Part shown: in pieces, positions 63,576 through 64,000 of the stretch
Layout: the number at the start of each line of letters is the position of its first letter
Position numbering within the stretch: the first letter of the stretch is position 1
DNA from: Antedon mediterranea
Taxonomy: Eukaryota; Animalia; Echinodermata
DNA: 64,000 bases
Direction of reading: 5' to 3'
NCBI RefSeq assembly: GCF_964355755.1
Contig: NC_092674.1
Coordinates: 3,782,001 to 3,846,000 of the forward strand
Made by a program: the position numbers and the translations under genes
Notes under the pieces: model-generated
The model's input: only the letters and a program-made list of their open reading frames with translations
Databases searched by the model: none
What the model was told of the DNA's origin: nothing

Positions 63576-63839
63576 GTTAGTATAAATTGGCTTATTCCCG
63601 TTTCTTCACAACCTTTATGGTATCCTCATTATCACTATTTACGATTACCATCATCATTTTTCTCCTCTTCATAAATTATTTGTATATCAACCTTTACTTA
63701 TCAAAATCACATTTTGAGTTCATTTTTAAACTCGAAGCAGTAGTCATGAAACCTCTTTTTACAATAATCAAAGAAATATATGTATAAAAAATAATATAAG
63801 TATGTATAAATATATGTATACAAAAATTATAAACTAAAA

Positions 63840-64000
63840 AGCTCTGCCTACTCTTTCAAACTTGACCAAAAAAGTGTGATGTGCCAAAATATGGTAGTGA
63901 TATGCCAAAATATTGTAGTGATGTGCCCAAATATGGTAGTGATGTGCCAAAATATGGTAGTGATATGCCCAAATATGGTAGTGATATGACATTATCATGT
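63840..64000. mobile_element. MITE-A copy with an expanded internal 20-bp tandem repeat (truncated by the window edge)
   Basis: AGCTCTGCCTAC start, then 5 copies of (C/A)AAATATGGTAGTGATRTGCC. Confidence 0.85.

Overview
AT-rich, intron-rich animal genomic DNA (probably an invertebrate deuterostome such as an echinoderm; this is an inference). There are no prokaryotic features. I rebuilt nine protein-coding genes by hand from GT-AG splice sites and frame continuity: a plasma-membrane Na+/H+ exchanger (SLC9A/NHE2-3-like, minus, 3' end off-window), an intronless KCTD BTB protein (minus), the DDX3/PL10 helicase (minus, 16 coding exons), RPL8/uL2 head-to-head with DDX3 (plus), a CD225/dispanin PRRT1/IFITM-like gene absent from the ORF track (plus), two neighbouring PTB/PID-domain genes (plus), mitochondrial EF-G1 GFM1 (minus, 19 exons) and the 5' end of UGGT head-to-head with GFM1 (plus). 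Introns and spacers are crowded with non-autonomous elements: about 22 copies of one PIF/Harbinger-type MITE carrying CArG boxes, a second CpG-rich MITE family, Kolobok-, mariner- and Helentron-like elements, two nested insertions with 5-bp target duplications, a tRNA-SINE, LINE tails and several minisatellites. The most intriguing candidate is a structured, uORF-bearing cassette exon in RPL8 intron 1 that could act as an autoregulatory switch. It is an inference and needs transcript data.
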